DNA of 63,380 nucleotides from Chrysochromulina tobinii (Eukaryota): the NCBI GenBank assembly GCA_001275005.1, contig JWZX01003286.1, positions 1 to 63,380 on the forward strand, read 5' to 3'. The notes beneath the pieces were generated by a model, which saw only the letters and a program-made list of their open reading frames with translations, was not told the DNA's origin and searched no databases. Shown in pieces: positions 23,539 through 37,556 of the stretch; the first letter of the stretch is position 1; each line of letters starts with the position of its first letter. The position numbers and the translations under genes were made by a program.

Positions 23539-25658
23539 TCACGCGGGGGCGCTTGTGCTGCGAGCCTCCTTACAAACCTGCCTATTCCGCACCACCCACG
23601 CGTCGTCCAGCACAGCAGAGTCATTGTTACGCGTCCACGTGAGGCGCATGTGAGTGCAGTTCAGCGCGTCCACCACGTAGAACCCACAGCTGCCCACGCC
23701 GCTCCATGCCACCAGACCCGTCTTGTTGTTCACGGCGGTGGGCTCTAGCATGGCGCCGGCTGAGCCGCTGATGATGTACACGGGCGCGTCCTCCGTGACC
23801 TTGTACTTGTACACGGGGGGCGTGCGCTGAGACTGGTGGATGTGCCCGTTGGCCACGAGGTCGACCTTGTACTTGTAAAATAGGTCCTCCATCCACGCCA
23901 GGTAGCCGTCCTGCAACGGCTGTTCAGCACCCGTGAGGGAGTACACTTCCCTGTGGAACGTGACCACCAGCCACGGCGTCAACGTGCGGTCCACCGCCGC
24001 CAACGCGCCCTCTAAGAACGCGCGCTGGGGTGAGCCCGGCGCCACGCTGTGTTCTGAGGACAGCATCACGACGCTCACGGAGCCTGTGGAGAAGGCGTAC
24101 CAAAAGATCTTGTTCCCATTGGCGGGCGCGCGGAAGCGTCGCTCCGTGCCGACGCCGCACTCGCCTAGCGAGTCCACGTCACCATCGAACCACGACGGCA
24201 TGTCCCTGTGAACGCCGCCGGACACGCCGGACGGGTCGTTCGGGCTAGGATACCTGTAGTCGTACTCGTGGTTGCCCACGCTGACCATGTACGGCACACG
24301 CGAGCCCACGCGCCCCATCATGCTCATCCACGCGTCCCACAAGAAGATGGCGCCCTTTGCGTACCCCAGGTCGCCAAAGTGCAGAACAAAGTCGAGGGGC
24401 TCTCCCGCGTCGATGCGTGCGCGCAGCCGCTGGGCGGTGCCAACGGCGCCCGGCCCGCCATCGGGAGTGTCCTTGTGCGTGTCGTAGGTGAGGGTATACC
24501 CTGTCACGCTCATATCCCCAAATGCGGCAAAGGTGGTCCTCGCGGCGGGCGAGAGCGTTGCGCCTGTGACAAAGGTGATTTCGTCACCCGCAAACTCGCC
24601 AGCCACAGCGCGCGCGTAGTAGCGTGTCGAGGGCGCCAGGCCCCGTATGGTGGCGTGGTGAAACACGCCCGGCCACTGCCAAAAGTCCACCGACGTGGTG
24701 TTTGCGGGCGCGTTGCACAGGTCCGCCGCGCCGTACGTGGTAGACTCAATGTCGGTGGCGTTAAACGAGTACATCCCCGGCACGGTGCCCACCATCACGC
24801 TCACGTACCCTCCGTCCCCGTACATGCTGGAATTGGTCGTGAAGCTCACTATCATCGAGTGCTGCGTGTCCTCGCCGCCGTACGCAACGTGCGTGTGGAA
24901 GGGGTGCGTGGCCCAAGGCAGTCCCGCCCACGTCAGCGGCGCGCTCACACCGAGCGTCTCCCCCGAAGGCCACAGCGGCTGCTTCCCACGATAATATCGG
25001 AATTCGTTGTCGCAGCGCGAACGGAAAATGGTAAAGTTGTAGGCGCCTGCGCCGGACGCCCATCCCTTGAAAAAGTCCACCGGCGCGTACTCGATGTAGT
25101 CCTCGATTGGACTTCCCACACACACTTGCCCCACCCAGTCGGTGGTCTGGTTCACGGCGCCGGTCTCGAATTTCCAGGTCACGGTGACGTTGGCCGGGTC
25201 CGACGTGAGCGGCGTGGAGGGGGTTATAGCAATGCTGACCGCCGGCACCACGGGCAGCGCGGATGGTTTTGCAAAGCCGTCAAAGCCATCCGCCTTCACG
25301 AACCCGCAGTCCACGTTGCGCTTGTAGTAGCCGCTGCCGGTGTCACACGTGGGGCCGTCGCCGCACTTGAAGGAAAAGCCCGCGCAGCTTGCGTTGGCGC
25401 AGCAAACTGCCTGCGCGGAGGCCAGCGCGAGCCCAGAAAATGAGCCCAAGTTGCCCGCGGCGCCGCCGCATGCCTCCCAGTAGCCGCCCGCGGAGCGAGC
25501 GAGGTTGCACGCGCCGCCTCCTGAGCGGGTGAGAGCGGGCGCGGCGGCGAGCTCCGACCGCAGGGTGGCGCGGCGTGCGAGCGCGGCAGCGCCGTCGTGA
25601 AGGCCGCCCAACGAGCGGCGTTCGTGGGCATTGCGAGGGACAGGATCATGAACAACAT
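23539..25658 (-). CDS. Secreted purple acid phosphatase (metallophosphoesterase); apparent 1-nt frameshift near 25612
   Basis: Motifs FGDMS, GDLGY, GNHE, TFH, GHIH and an FN3-like N-domain. Signal-like MLFMILSLAMPTNAA is in the adjacent frame. Confidence 0.9.
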
Positions 25659-26238
25659 CGCAGAAATCCGCAGCGCCTCACATTCACATTAACACATCCA
25701 ATGAGCGAAACTTCTTCAGAGAGCGATGCATTTCGACTCGCGATCCGACGTGCGACGTGAAAGAAATACTGCACGAGCTGAATGAGCTGCACCCAACTTG
25801 GGAGATCGGTGCCAAGGAGGGCAGATGCGCGATAAGAAGCGGCTAACCCTACATGTAACACACAGAAGGGGCGGACCGGACACGGCACACGCGATCGCGA
25901 ACATAGACCTCATAGAAACCATGAGAACACGTGTCAGTCAGACGCTCGGGGCACTCTCGCGCCCAGATACCGGATTACCGGTTCACATACACATGCAAGG
26001 ACGGACAGGGCACAGGGGGACATATACATACCGTCTCGAGACACAACACACAAAGAATAGACAAGAGTCAATAGACCACGGAAAATCGGAATTCGGAATA
26101 GACCCCTCAGGAGTAGAGACTGCGTCTCAGCCCCGCCGTTGCCCCGCCGGTAAACCGATTCGCCTTCACACGGCCACGCACACGTTCTCAATACACGCAA
26201 ATCGCCAAATGGGGATTTACGTGTATACCAGCGAAATT

Positions 26239-27858
26239 CTAACGGCATTGATGCGATTCTCGGGTGCACGCCCGCAGCGCGCCGAGCAAGTTCTGTGCGT
26301 GGGCCTCGGCGAGTGCTCCGAAAGGGTGCTGGTTGCCACAAGGTGAGCTTTTCATGCGAGGCAGCGCCCTGTGCGTCTGCTCTACATCGAGCCACAACCA
26401 GCCGAGTGAGCGGCTAACGTTACGAAAAATGTCGCGAAGCGCCCGGGTCGCGACGAAGTACCGACTGGGCCAGTTGTGTATTGGCCAGCTGCCGTTTGCA
26501 GGCTCGAAAAAGGGACGTCCCAAGAGGTGTCTTGCCAAGACGCCACGGGAATCCGAAGCAGTCTCATTGGACAACGCGCACGGCCAGTTGCCATAGGCGA
26601 TACGCACGGGGGGGGGCTCGCTGCCTGGGCGGTTGGTTGCAAGCGCCGTATCAAGTCGCGCAAGGACTCGCCTGTACCCGTTCACCACGCTGTTGTAGTT
26701 GGGTCCCCTGCTCAGCGACATGGGCCATGCGCCATAGCCGACTATCATAGCGGTGGGCCCGTGTTGCACGGGCAGCAGTGCTGTGCCACCCCCTTCGGCA
26801 CCTTGCGCCCGCTTGAGGATTTCGTCAAGTCGCTTCAGCGCCTGCTCGCTCATCAGTGGCAATTAGTGGCAATCAGTGACTTGACTCTCATTGACACTCG
26901 GTGGCAATCAGTGACCATCGGTAGCAATCAGTGGAAATCAGTGGAAATCAGTGAAGCTCGCCTGTTCGCTCATCGCCTCCGTAGCATACCAGAGGAAGGT
27001 GAGCCGCACGCCTTGCTCACTGGCGCCGTGGCGGTGACGGTGGGCCGTCGTGGCACCCCTCGCGTCGTGCCACTCAAAGTCCAAGATGCACCCAGGCTTC
27101 ACGCCTGCCCTGTCGGAAGCTGAAGTCATATCGTCGCCGACACACTCCCCCCGGACCAGCGATTTGCACCTTGCGTACGCACTGTTGATCGTGTTAGCCT
27201 GGCAAAACGGGCTTTGCAGCGGTATTCGATGGTTTGGCCAGCCCGCGGGTAGGAGGGTGCCCTGTGGAGCGCCGCCGAGGAGGCTGATGAGTGAAGCATA
27301 CAAAAAGCGAGCGCGAGAGTCGCCGACGACGAGGATCCACTGCCCGCGCAGTGCGTGAATGCTGTTCGTGGTCCTCGAGGAATTGGGTGGCACACCTGGG
27401 TCTGCGAAAGAAGGAAGCTCCCATCGCCACCCGTCGGCCGAGGTTGGAGAATCATCGCTTCGCACCCATTTTCCCTTGAACGCGAGGCGATCGAGAAGAT
27501 TTTGGTGCTGGGACTCTCGTGGGCAATTGTGACGATGAAAGGTGCCAGCACACGTGCCAGCTGGTCTGCGACTAAAGTTCGTCGCCACATTCTGGAAGCA
27601 CGGCTCACACACATACTTGTAGCAAGATGCACGCGTGTTTCGGCAACACGTCATCGTGGAGTTCAGCAGCCTGCGCGGAAAGATGGACAAAGAAGATGCC
27701 GGTCGCAGGCATGGCTCGACGTTTTGGGGGCTCATCGACGCTCCATTTTTTTGCCAGAGTGCATCAATCTCGACGTTTTTGCAAGAGTGCTCGCTGAGTG
27801 TGATTACAAGTTGTTTTTGTGAGGCGGTTTGGTCCAAATGCATGCATATTGAAAGCAA
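26239..27858 (-). CDS. SGNH/PC-esterase-like protein; GC-AG intron 26961-26842
   Basis: ILVVGDSRARFLY (GDS motif) and C-terminal CGNQHP. Exons join as TEAMSEQ|ALKRLDEIL. Start uncertain. Confidence 0.6.
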
Positions 27859-28093
27859 ACTTTGGGGCGGTCACCATTCGGCGTGTGGGTGCCGCCGATG
27901 AATTAACCGATGAATTTCTTCGCCGCACCTGCCGGCCTTGACAGCTCTGTAGGAAATTCTTAGGTAGGGAGGCAGAGTGATCAAAGAAGAACATCGCTGC
28001 ATGATCCAGGATGTGTCGTCGTCGAGCTTTTTCTCGCGCTGGCATCGCGGCGGCACCGATTCCGGTGCTGATCAACCCTCTCTACGACGCGCG

Positions 28094-28798
28094 TTACATC
28101 AGTGCGTTTGAGTTGTCGCGTGCCTGATCGCGTGACTTGTATTGGTAGGTTGCGACGGGCAGCGCATCGCACACATATGCTTGGATGGCTCCATCGCGCT
28201 GCGTCCTGCACGCGCTTTTGGGTAGCACACAGACCACGACACCGAGGTTGTCACGGCCACTGCCCTTCAGGCGAGGCCACCAAGGGCTATGGGTTCGGTC
28301 CAGCCGTCGGCAATCTTTGGCAACTGGTGCAAACACAGCTGCTGTGCCCTTGCCAGGCTTTTCTTGAAGCCCGTCCAGAAGAAAGCAGCGCACATGGCTG
28401 GCGCTCTCCGTGCCGTGGTACCCCAATGTGAAGTCATTAGGGCCGAGGTCAGGGTACCTTGCGGAAAATGCGGCCAGCACTGACCACGTGATATCCCATG
28501 GCTGCTCGTCCCGGTCGAAAGACTGTCGATGCTCCGGACGCCACAGGTGCGGGTTCAGACTGAGTAACATGCCGTCGCATCTATCTGCACGTTCAACAGC
28601 CTGCAGCACAGCACCCTGAAATCGAACCATATCGACTTTCATCAAGCCTTCGATGCGGAGCGAGTCGCCCGCTCTCCCTGGGCCGACCGAGGCCGAAAGC
28701 ACATTTATGAAAACGTTTCTGGTCCGAATCGTTACTACATGCATTCTACGGTAACGAACATAAACGAATCGACGACAAAAACGGAAAAGAGATTGCAT
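28094..28798 (-). CDS. Hypothetical protein with an ADP-ribosyltransferase/PARP-like YHGT motif
   Basis: FTLGYHGTESASHVRCFLLDGL, TAAVFAP, GVVVCVL, AYVCDALPVATYQY. Appears lower in GC than flanking genes. Confidence 0.45.
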   Translation of the reverse strand: MQSLFRFCRRFVYVRYRRMHVVTIRTRNVFINVLSASVGPGRAGDSLRIEGLMKVDMVRFQGAVLQAVERADRCDGMLLSLNPHLWRPEHRQSFDRDEQPWDITWSVLAAFSARYPDLGPNDFTLGYHGTESASHVRCFLLDGLQEKPGKGTAAVFAPVAKDCRRLDRTHSPWWPRLKGSGRDNLGVVVCVLPKSACRTQRDGAIQAYVCDALPVATYQYKSRDQARDNSNALM

Positions 28799-29494
28799 GT
28801 TGGAAGAAAACTGGAGTAATTTGCGCTTGTTTAGATACATGTACATGTATTTGTACCTGTGTGTTTCGACAAGAAGGAAGTTCAAGCTTGAGGTGTGTGG
28901 TCCACAGCCCCACACATCCCAATTGACATGTCCACAGCTCGAACGGCTGGGCTTCTGATTACTTCTGATGTCCTGCGCCACTGTAGCACCACTGGATGAA
29001 CTTCATTACTAATCCAAGTGAGCCTGCAGCTCATCCAGTGGCAGGACATACTTTCTGATAATTCTGAAGCCCAGCCGTTCGAGCTGCGTGGTTCCTGTGG
29101 ACCACACCGTTCCCGGCATTCCAAATTCGACTACCGGATCGACTATCCGGATACCCACTTACCCCCGCCCCTATTGATCACCCTTTAGCCTTTTTCGTGC
29201 TTCGCGCTTCGCTGAGGCTTAAGAAGGGGTCAGCGATCAGTTTAACTTCGAGATGATGATGTTGATGAAATCCATGTTGCTACGGTACTACACCCGGTTG
29301 GTGCGCCGAATCCGCTCCGCTTACGTTACTCTCTTGATCGTCCTGCGGACCCACGGGGTACGAACCCCACGTCCGACCGGCGCGCCTCGAGTACGAGCCG
29401 AGCAGTTGCAGTAACGAGGACGTAAACGGTATCGTCGGTTAAAGAAAAAGTTTTGTGAGAATCCTTGTGAACAAACATAACAGATTCAAACCAT

Positions 29495-31040
29495 TCACAG
29501 ACGTAGTCGCGGTACAAAATGGCCACCGTGGACGAACACGCCCGCCTCGTCGTGTTTGCCCTGGGCCAGCAGCAGCCCCCCCAGATTAATCATTGACTCG
29601 AGGGTGTCCCGATGACGATCGCCGAAGCGTCGCACGCCTCGCCGCGAGACACTCGCGGTACAACACGCCCGCCTCGTCGAAATTGCCCTGGTCCTGCAGC
29701 AGACTTGCCAGATTATTGATCGAGGCGAGGGTGCTCGGATGACGTTCGCCGAGCGTCGCACGCTTCGCCTCAAGCGCCTCGCGCAGCACCACGCCCGCCT
29801 CGTCGAGCTTGCCCTGGGCCAGCAGCAGCCCCCCCAGATTATTCATCGAGATGAGGGTGTCCGGATGGCGACCGCCGAGGGTCGCACGGCTCGCCTCGAG
29901 CGCATCGCGGAACAACACGCCCGCCTCGTCGAGCTTGCCCTGGGCCTGCAGCAGCGTCGCCAGCCGATCCTGCAGCGCCGACGTCGCCCGCGCCTTGCGC
30001 GGCATGCGCATGAGCGCCGCGCGGCCCTTCGCCGCGAGCCACTCGCGCAGCGACGCGCACACCGTCGCCGTCACCGCGCCGATGCCGCCCTCGAGCTTTG
30101 CCACCTCGGCCAGGATGTAGTCGCGATCCTCGATCTTGGTGATCTGCGCTTCGGTTGCATCAATGCCATTCACGATGCCCGCAATCTCATCAAAGTTGTC
30201 AGTCAGCAGCTCCTCGAAGCCATCCACGTCCGCAGGCGCGAGCACCACGTGCAGCTTCGCGCCCTTGGCGAGCGCCTTGACGAGCTCCAACAAGCACCAC
30301 GCGCGCGTCATCGCGCCCGGCCCGCGGCGCATCAAGCGTGCGGGCGGCTCGCCGCGCTCGGGCAGCAAAAAGGGCTGGTTGGGCGCGCGCCACTTGGCCG
30401 TGAGCGGCGAGCAGTACAGGATGATCTCGCTGATGGCCGCCATCGCATCGGCAAACACGTGGTCCGTGTCCTCCTTGCGCGCCTTGCGCTCCTCGCTGCC
30501 CCGGGGAGAGCGGCCAGATTCAAACTCGCCCGAGAGCAGCGTCTGCGAGGCCGCAAAGATGTCGATCCACACGTAGCGCGTCACGCCGTCGGCGGCCTCG
30601 AGCTCGGCCAGCCTGCGCTCGATGGCATCGAGCATGTCGCCCAGCTTCGTGCCCTCCCACGAGTACGAGAAGAAGGTGGTCGCGAGACCCACGAGCGCGT
30701 CCACAACCTCGCCACGTGCCTCCGCCGTGAGCGCGAGCGACTCGATGAGCGAGAGCCCCGTCGAGCGCGTGAGCGCGCACACGCTCCATTCGAAGCCCTC
30801 CTTCTTGATCAGGTCGCCCACCAGCATGCCGAGCGCGCCGCGCGCGTGGTAGAAGCGCCGGATGGCGCGCAGCATCTTGCGGGTGATGCCGCGCCGGCCG
30901 CTCGGCAGGCGGCGCGCGTGCGGGCACACCGGCACTTTGAGCGTGCCCTTGGGCACGCGCGCCGCCACGATCGCGTCTAATAGCGCGTCGGCGAGGGAGT
31001 CGGGATCGCTCCGGATCGATGCCGACAATGCACAACCCAT
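29495..31040 (-). CDS. HET/TIR-like domain plus kinesin-light-chain-type TPR repeats; last repeat frameshifted and truncated
   Basis: ATTFFSYSW, YVWIDIFAASQ, TRAWCLLE. 42-aa TPRs (LGGRHPDTLISMNNLGGLLLAQGKLDEA). Extra base near 29626. Confidence 0.75.
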
Positions 31041-32023
31041 TATCCAATAGTATCCCTTGTGGAGACCACGAGACCTCCCAATCTTTTCGGCGAAGATGCA
31101 GTTTTTCGGCCGCTGCGCCTACGCGGCGCCTCGGCACCGCCGCGGCGCCTCACCGTCGCCATGGATTTGGCTTTATGGTTTTGTGTGCGGCGCAACTTTA
31201 AAAGAAAGTCAAGTGACAAGTCGCAGGACTCAATGAAACAACAGACACCGGACGGAAGAATACAATGCACGGAAGCCTTTAAATCGAAGAAATCGAATGA
31301 CTTGACTTGACTTGAATTGACAATTGTAGCCGGTGGAACGCCGAGCGTTAATGTACCGGTACCAGCGGTACTGTAGGAATTTCCTAGTCCGCTCCTAGCA
31401 CTCAGGGTAACTTGGGGTAATTTTTGGTACGGGGTAATGAGCCCTAGTTAATGAACCAGTGAGGCCCCGAGGGTGGGGCGACGTTGAGAGCAACCCCGGA
31501 GCTCGAGCGGTGCGGGTGCGTTACAATGTACATGGTTGCCGAAAGGTGATAGGTGTCTGTCACAATCCTCATGGAGTATCGAGACTATGCGTCTATGCGG
31601 TTGCGGACCACGGTGTATCTACTTGTTGTATGTTAACGGTTGTCGGTTGCTCGGTACTTCGTGCCCGCCGGGGCCTCGCGCTCGCCCGGCGCGCGGCGCG
31701 GCCCCGGGCGGGGGGTTTACGGGGGTCGTTGTTCGGCGTCGTTGTCGTTACGACTATCGACTTACGATTACGTCATGGATTACGTTTAGGTGTTTCCGGC
31801 GCACATTTCCATTTGCATGTACACATGTTCTGAATGTGTTTGAAATGGTTGCATGTACACATTCAAACACAGAGTGGGACCTCCCCACGAATGCGTATGA
31901 GTCACACTGTCTGGGACGGGGCCGGCGACATGGGCGGCGGGGACGTGCAGCGCGCTGCTTGCGCACGTCGCCCTGGCTCACTGCAGAGCCGGCAACGAAC
32001 TCCTGTCGACGGCATCGCCACTC

Positions 32024-32630
32024 TCAATGGGCATCGCCGAGCATCGACTCGAACTCCGTCCACGTGACGACGCCATCGCCATCCATATCAAGCTGCTCCA
32101 GCACGTACCAGTCCCCGCTGCCGCCAGCGGCCTCCAGAAGGCCCTGGAGTTCCGTGTCTATGGCGAGCTTCTTTTTGAGCTCCGCCTGCGAGATTGTGCC
32201 GCTGCCATCGGTGTCGATGCTATCAAACACGCTCTTGAGGTATGCTCGCAGCTGCGGGTTGCCGCCCATCGCCGCCACCTCATCGTCATCCAGGTCATCC
32301 TGGTCATAGCCATTCCCCACCTCGTCGTCTGCTGCCTCGTCAACGTTCGCCGCGATGCCTTTGAAGAAATCGCGCGCAAAATGGAAGACGTCCTCCGGCT
32401 GTTCGACGAGCGCCGCCGAGATGTAGTCGTTGAGCAGCTGCTTGACCTCTGGATGGTCGTCAAGGTAGGCGTTATTCTCCTTGACGATGGCGGCCTCGCG
32501 CGCCTGCGCACGTGCGCCCGGGCAAGAGACACGGTGTCAGCAATCGCACGACGGCAGCACCCTTTACAGCAGCAGCGCGCAGGGCCGAGGTGCAGTGGCC
32601 ACGAACCTCCCGCTCCGCCACCAGGTCCAT
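32024..32630 (-). CDS. RIIa/Dpy-30-like domain plus two EF-hands (possibly flagellar); intron 32606-32504
   Basis: MDLVAERE|AREAAIVKENNAYLDDHPEVKQLLNDYISAALVEQPEDVFHFARDFF; DTDGSGTISQAE; DMDGDGVVTWTE. Confidence 0.82.
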
Positions 32631-32813
32631 GATGGGATGGAAGCCGAAGAGCTCCTACAAAACGCACTTCGCTCGACACGGCGTTTTTGCCGTGAGGAGC
32701 CGGGATACACGTACCTCTCGTTAGCGCGAATCCGTTCGACGAAGAAACGGGGATTCGTCTAGGGGATTGCACGCAAACTTGCACGCCGTGGAATTCTTGC
32801 GCCTCACACCTCA

Positions 32814-35306
32814 ATGTTGGCGGGCTCTGCCGCGGACGCGACGGCCGCGGACGCGACGGCACCGGACGCGACGCTGGTGGACGCGACACTGGGGGACGTG
32901 ACGCTTGCGGGCGCCACGTGCATAGAGGTCAACATAGAGGACAAGCTGTGCATCATCTGCATGGCGGAGCCGCGGGCCGTGCGCTTTGCACCTTGCGGGC
33001 ACGCCAATTCGTGCGAGGAGTGCTGCCTCAAGCTGATCCAGCACTCGCTGCGCAAGAGGCTCCAGTGCCCGGAGTGCAAGCAGACCATCGAGCAGATCGA
33101 GAGCCAGAGGAGGCTTGCGGCGAGCGACACGCCGATCGCCCGCCAGGCCCAGCTTCACCGCCGTCTCCTCGAGCGCCGATCTCGTCACGATCGACGAGTA
33201 TCTCGAGGCGGAGCTCGCCTCGAGCGACTCGGCGCGCGCGGCGCTCGCGCAGCGGGCCAAGGAGCACTGGACCGAGGCGCTCAACCCGAGCGAGCTGCCA
33301 TGGCCGACGGCGCTCTCGGGCGCTGCGGGCCTGATGTTGCCGTTGCGCCCCTGGCCGGTGGCGCGCTGGATGACGGTGGTGCTCGCGCTCGCGCTGATGG
33401 GCGCGTACGTGTGGGGCTGCGTGGCCGTCTTCCTCGCGTCGGACGACTTTGAAGAGTATCTGCGCAAGCACAAGTTCGACCTAAAGGTGACGCAGGTAGA
33501 AGGCTTTGCGGGTCCGGTGACTGCGCTCATCATCCATGGGCAGCGCTGCGGCCTCAAGTTCACGCCTTGCCTCCAGGTGCTGCCCGACCCGACGGCGCAC
33601 CAGCGCTGGTGGGGCCTGGTGCCAGAGAACGTCGTCGGGCAGGTGACCTCGGGCGTGGACGTGCTGCGCCAAACTCGCAAGGGTCTCTTCTACCTCACGT
33701 TGATCATGGGCTTGTCGGCGGTGGCGCAGCCCCTCATCTCGGCGTGCCGCAACAAGCCGCAGGTGATGCATGCACTCGGTTGGCTCCTTTGAGTGGCCAC
33801 TGATTGCATATGATTGCATCTGATTGCATCTGATTGCATCTGATTGCCCCCCTCATTTGGCCACGTGCCCAGATGGTGGGCGAGTTGAGCAACGCAGGCA
33901 TCCACGCGATGGCGGGCATGGCGCTGATGGCTTCCTTATATGGCATGTTCTGGGACCGCGAGCACAACCTGGTGATCATCAACTACGTGCCCGGCGCCGG
34001 GTACGCGTGGTTCATTATATGGATGCTCATCGTGTGCCTACTCCTCGTAACGGCATTTCTCAAGAGGAGCTGGACTGCCCTCCTCGGCTTCGTCACGTGC
34101 GATCTCCCTTGATTGCCACTAATGAGCTGGACTGCCCTCCTCGGCTTCGTCACGTGCGATCTCCCTTGATTGCCACTAATGAGCTGGACTGCCCACCTCG
34201 GCTTCGTCACGTGCGTGCTGTTCCTCTGATGACCACTGCGGAGCTCTGATGGCCTCTTGATTGACACTGATGACCTCTGATGACTCCTCCTCGGCTTCGT
34301 CAGCGCGACGCTCTATTGGCTCTTCTGGCTGATGATCCCTCTACTCGGGTACACGTGGTTCTTTGCGTGGAAGTTCGTCGATACCGTCGCCGCGCAAGAG
34401 GCGCAAATCGAGCACGGCGAGCTCAGGCATGCCCGATGGATGGCGATTGGATAGCGATTGATATCGATTGATGACTGCGAGCTCAGGCATATTCGTATGC
34501 CATTCTCGACCAGCACCACCGGCTCGAGTGCGATTGATTGAGACTGATTGCCCCCTCCTCTCCGCTCGCAGGCATATGCCCTTCTCGGAGGTGTGTGATG
34601 ACCTCTGATGATGACCTCTGATTGCGTCCCTCATCAGGCATATGCCCTTCTCGGCCGACGCCGCCGCGCGCCTCGGCCCCCCCTTCGCCCTGTGTGCGTA
34701 CCTCGGGTTCACTTGCTGGGCGGGCGCGTTGGTCGTCTCGATCCTCTCGTACATGCGACACCTCACGCTGCTCCAGACCGACGACCAGTACAGGCAGGCC
34801 GTCTTCCTCGATGCGATGCGGGTGAGGCATGCTCTCGACGCCTGTAAACTTGCCTGCCTGCATGCACTCGAGCAGGCATGCACTCGAGGCATGCATGTCT
34901 GAGGACACGCGGATCGCTGGCTGCCCTATATAGGACACATAGGGCATGCATGCATGTCTGAGGACACGCGGATCGCTGGCTGCCCTCAGATTGCGGTTGA
35001 TTGCGACTGATTGCGGCTGATTGCGATTGATTGCGATGGATTCGATTGATTGCGACTGATTGCGACTGATTGCGACTGATTGTGACTGATGCCCCCCCTC
35101 ATTCTCTCCGCTCGCAGGCGCGCAGTGGCGCCCCGCAGGGGCAGCAAGTCATCACGCTGATGGCCGTGCGGGAGATCCAACGGGAGATTCAACGGCAGAG
35201 CGAGCGGCGGGCAGCGGCGGCGGCGGTGAGCCGCGGCGGTGTGTATGAGAGGCTCGGCACGCCGAATGACGCACCGAGCGGCGGCGGCCATTCCGAACTC
35301 GTCTAG
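32814..35306 (+). CDS. RING (C3HC4) finger multi-pass membrane protein, ~5 exons; apparent frameshift near 33147
   Basis: CIICMAEPRAVRFAPCGHANSCEECC...CPEC and hydrophobic helices. Introns ~33763-33872, 34097-34303, 34427-34637 and 34822-35117. Confidence 0.7.
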
Positions 35307-36906
35307 AGCGGCGGCGGCCACTGATGACCACTGATGACCACTCCCGACCTCCGATGGCAATTCTGACGGCTCGTGTAGACCGGGGCACAGGGCAGCCCTC
35401 AATCCGCCCCCTCAGTTCAGGGCAGCCCTATCCGCCCCCTCTGTTCACCTCGGTCTCGAGTCTCGAGGTATGGTTCCCCCCGCGGGGCTGATTTGCCCCC
35501 GCAGCAGCCAGGCTCTACTCTGCCACAGAGCCACACCGGCGCGCGGGAGACCCGGCGTGGGACCGACGAACAAGTCGGCGCACGGCGGCGCGGAGAGCGA
35601 CGCAGGCGACCGGCGTCCGGCCGATGTAGATCCGATGTTCGGTTTATTTCTAATTTCATATCAACTTTTTGCATTCGTACCTTATCGCTTATCCTAATGT
35701 TCTATGTTCGCGAGGCCACTGGGTACTTCAAGCACGCAGGCGGTCCGTATGCATGACGAAATTGCCGTATGCAGGCTACACTCGCAGTGCACCATTTTGA
35801 CCCGCTGAGAGACCGCCACTATGCGCGCGACACCTGACCTCAGAGGGCTGGAGGCCGGGTTTACGGAAAAGTGCGAGCGGCCTGCTGGATGGCCGCTCAG
35901 CGTGGTTCGGCACCGACACGCGTGCGCGCGCGCCAATCGCGCCGACGCCGATGCGCGTGCAACATTTTGGGGAGTCGAGCACGCTCGCTCGCTCGTGAGT
36001 TTGGCGGTGGTGGGGCTCTCACACAGACATAGAAGGCGGTGAGCAGCGGCGTTCGGGAGGCATACTCATCCTGGGTTGAAAATGCACGTCCTCTGCTTTT
36101 CTTCGGTGTGGCGATCATTGGGTGGCTGGGACTGAGAGCAAAGGTCAGCAGCAGGGGGCGAGAGCGGCTCGTCGGGGGCTCAGCCAGCGAGCGCGCCGAC
36201 AGCGGCGGTTCCACGTGACGAAGTGACGAAGTGGCTGCCTGGCATCGCCGCCCCGGGCATGCGGCGTTGGCCCTTGAAGCCGCGCGGGCTGGTGCAGGGC
36301 CAGCGGCGATACCAGCGGCGAGGGGGGGAGGGGGCAAAATAGACGTGCGCAGAGAGAGTAGGAGAAGGAGGAGCGATCGCAGGTAGCGGTAGCGGTAGCG
36401 GCAGCGGCGGCGCGGGCGGCGGCGCCGTGAGCGGCGGCGGCGCGGGCGTCGGCGGTGCGCGCACCGGCAGCGCGAGCTCCGGCGTGGCTAATGCCATCAG
36501 CCGCCGGATCACTGATTTGATGAAGCCAACTGTGCGCAAGTTCTCCGAGGAAGCTACATCGCTGGATGCGCGATGCCGCGTCGTACAAGGACGCGGAGCT
36601 GGAAGGTGCGTACGGTCTTCTCGACTAGATTAGACGCTGAAGTTCAGCATCGTGATGGCGGTGGTGGTGATGGTGGAGGCGGCGCGGGAGGTGGTGATGG
36701 TGGCGGCGGCGACGGCGGGGGTTGCAAAGGTGCTGGCCAGGGTGGCAGCGGCGAGGGTGGCGGTTGCGAGGGAGATGGAGACGTCGGAAAGTTAGGGTGG
36801 CAGAGAAAGCCGGGGGCGATGGCGGCGATGGCGGCGGCGAGGTTGAGGAGAGGGGGCAAAGGGTGCCGAGGGAGGCTCGCCGAGCCAGGACGGGAACGGG
36901 GGTTGA

Positions 36907-37299
<393 letters not shown>

Positions 37300-37341
37300 A
37301 TACCCCGAGGTTCGACAACGAGCCCCGACCCCCAAAACCCC

Positions 37342-37362
37342 GGTGTTTTTTAACACCACCCA
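37342..37362 (+). promoter_or_regulatory. Histone 3' UTR stem-loop
   Basis: GGTGTT-TTTT-AACACC (6-bp stem, 4-nt loop) followed by ACCCA, 42 nt after the H4 stop. Confidence 0.88.
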
Positions 37363-37556
37363 TATTCACAGGAAAAGCCCCAACGAAATGCCAACTGTGA
37401 CATTTCACTTTGTACCATTGTAACCTTTCCAAGCGTGTACCGTGTGTGTGCCGGCGCCCCCCGGTGTCTTTTCGCCGGGAAAGCCGACGGGGACGAAAAC
37501 AAGTTCCGCAGTAAAAGACTAGGGAGGCCTTTCTGGGCACGCACCAGTCATCACTC

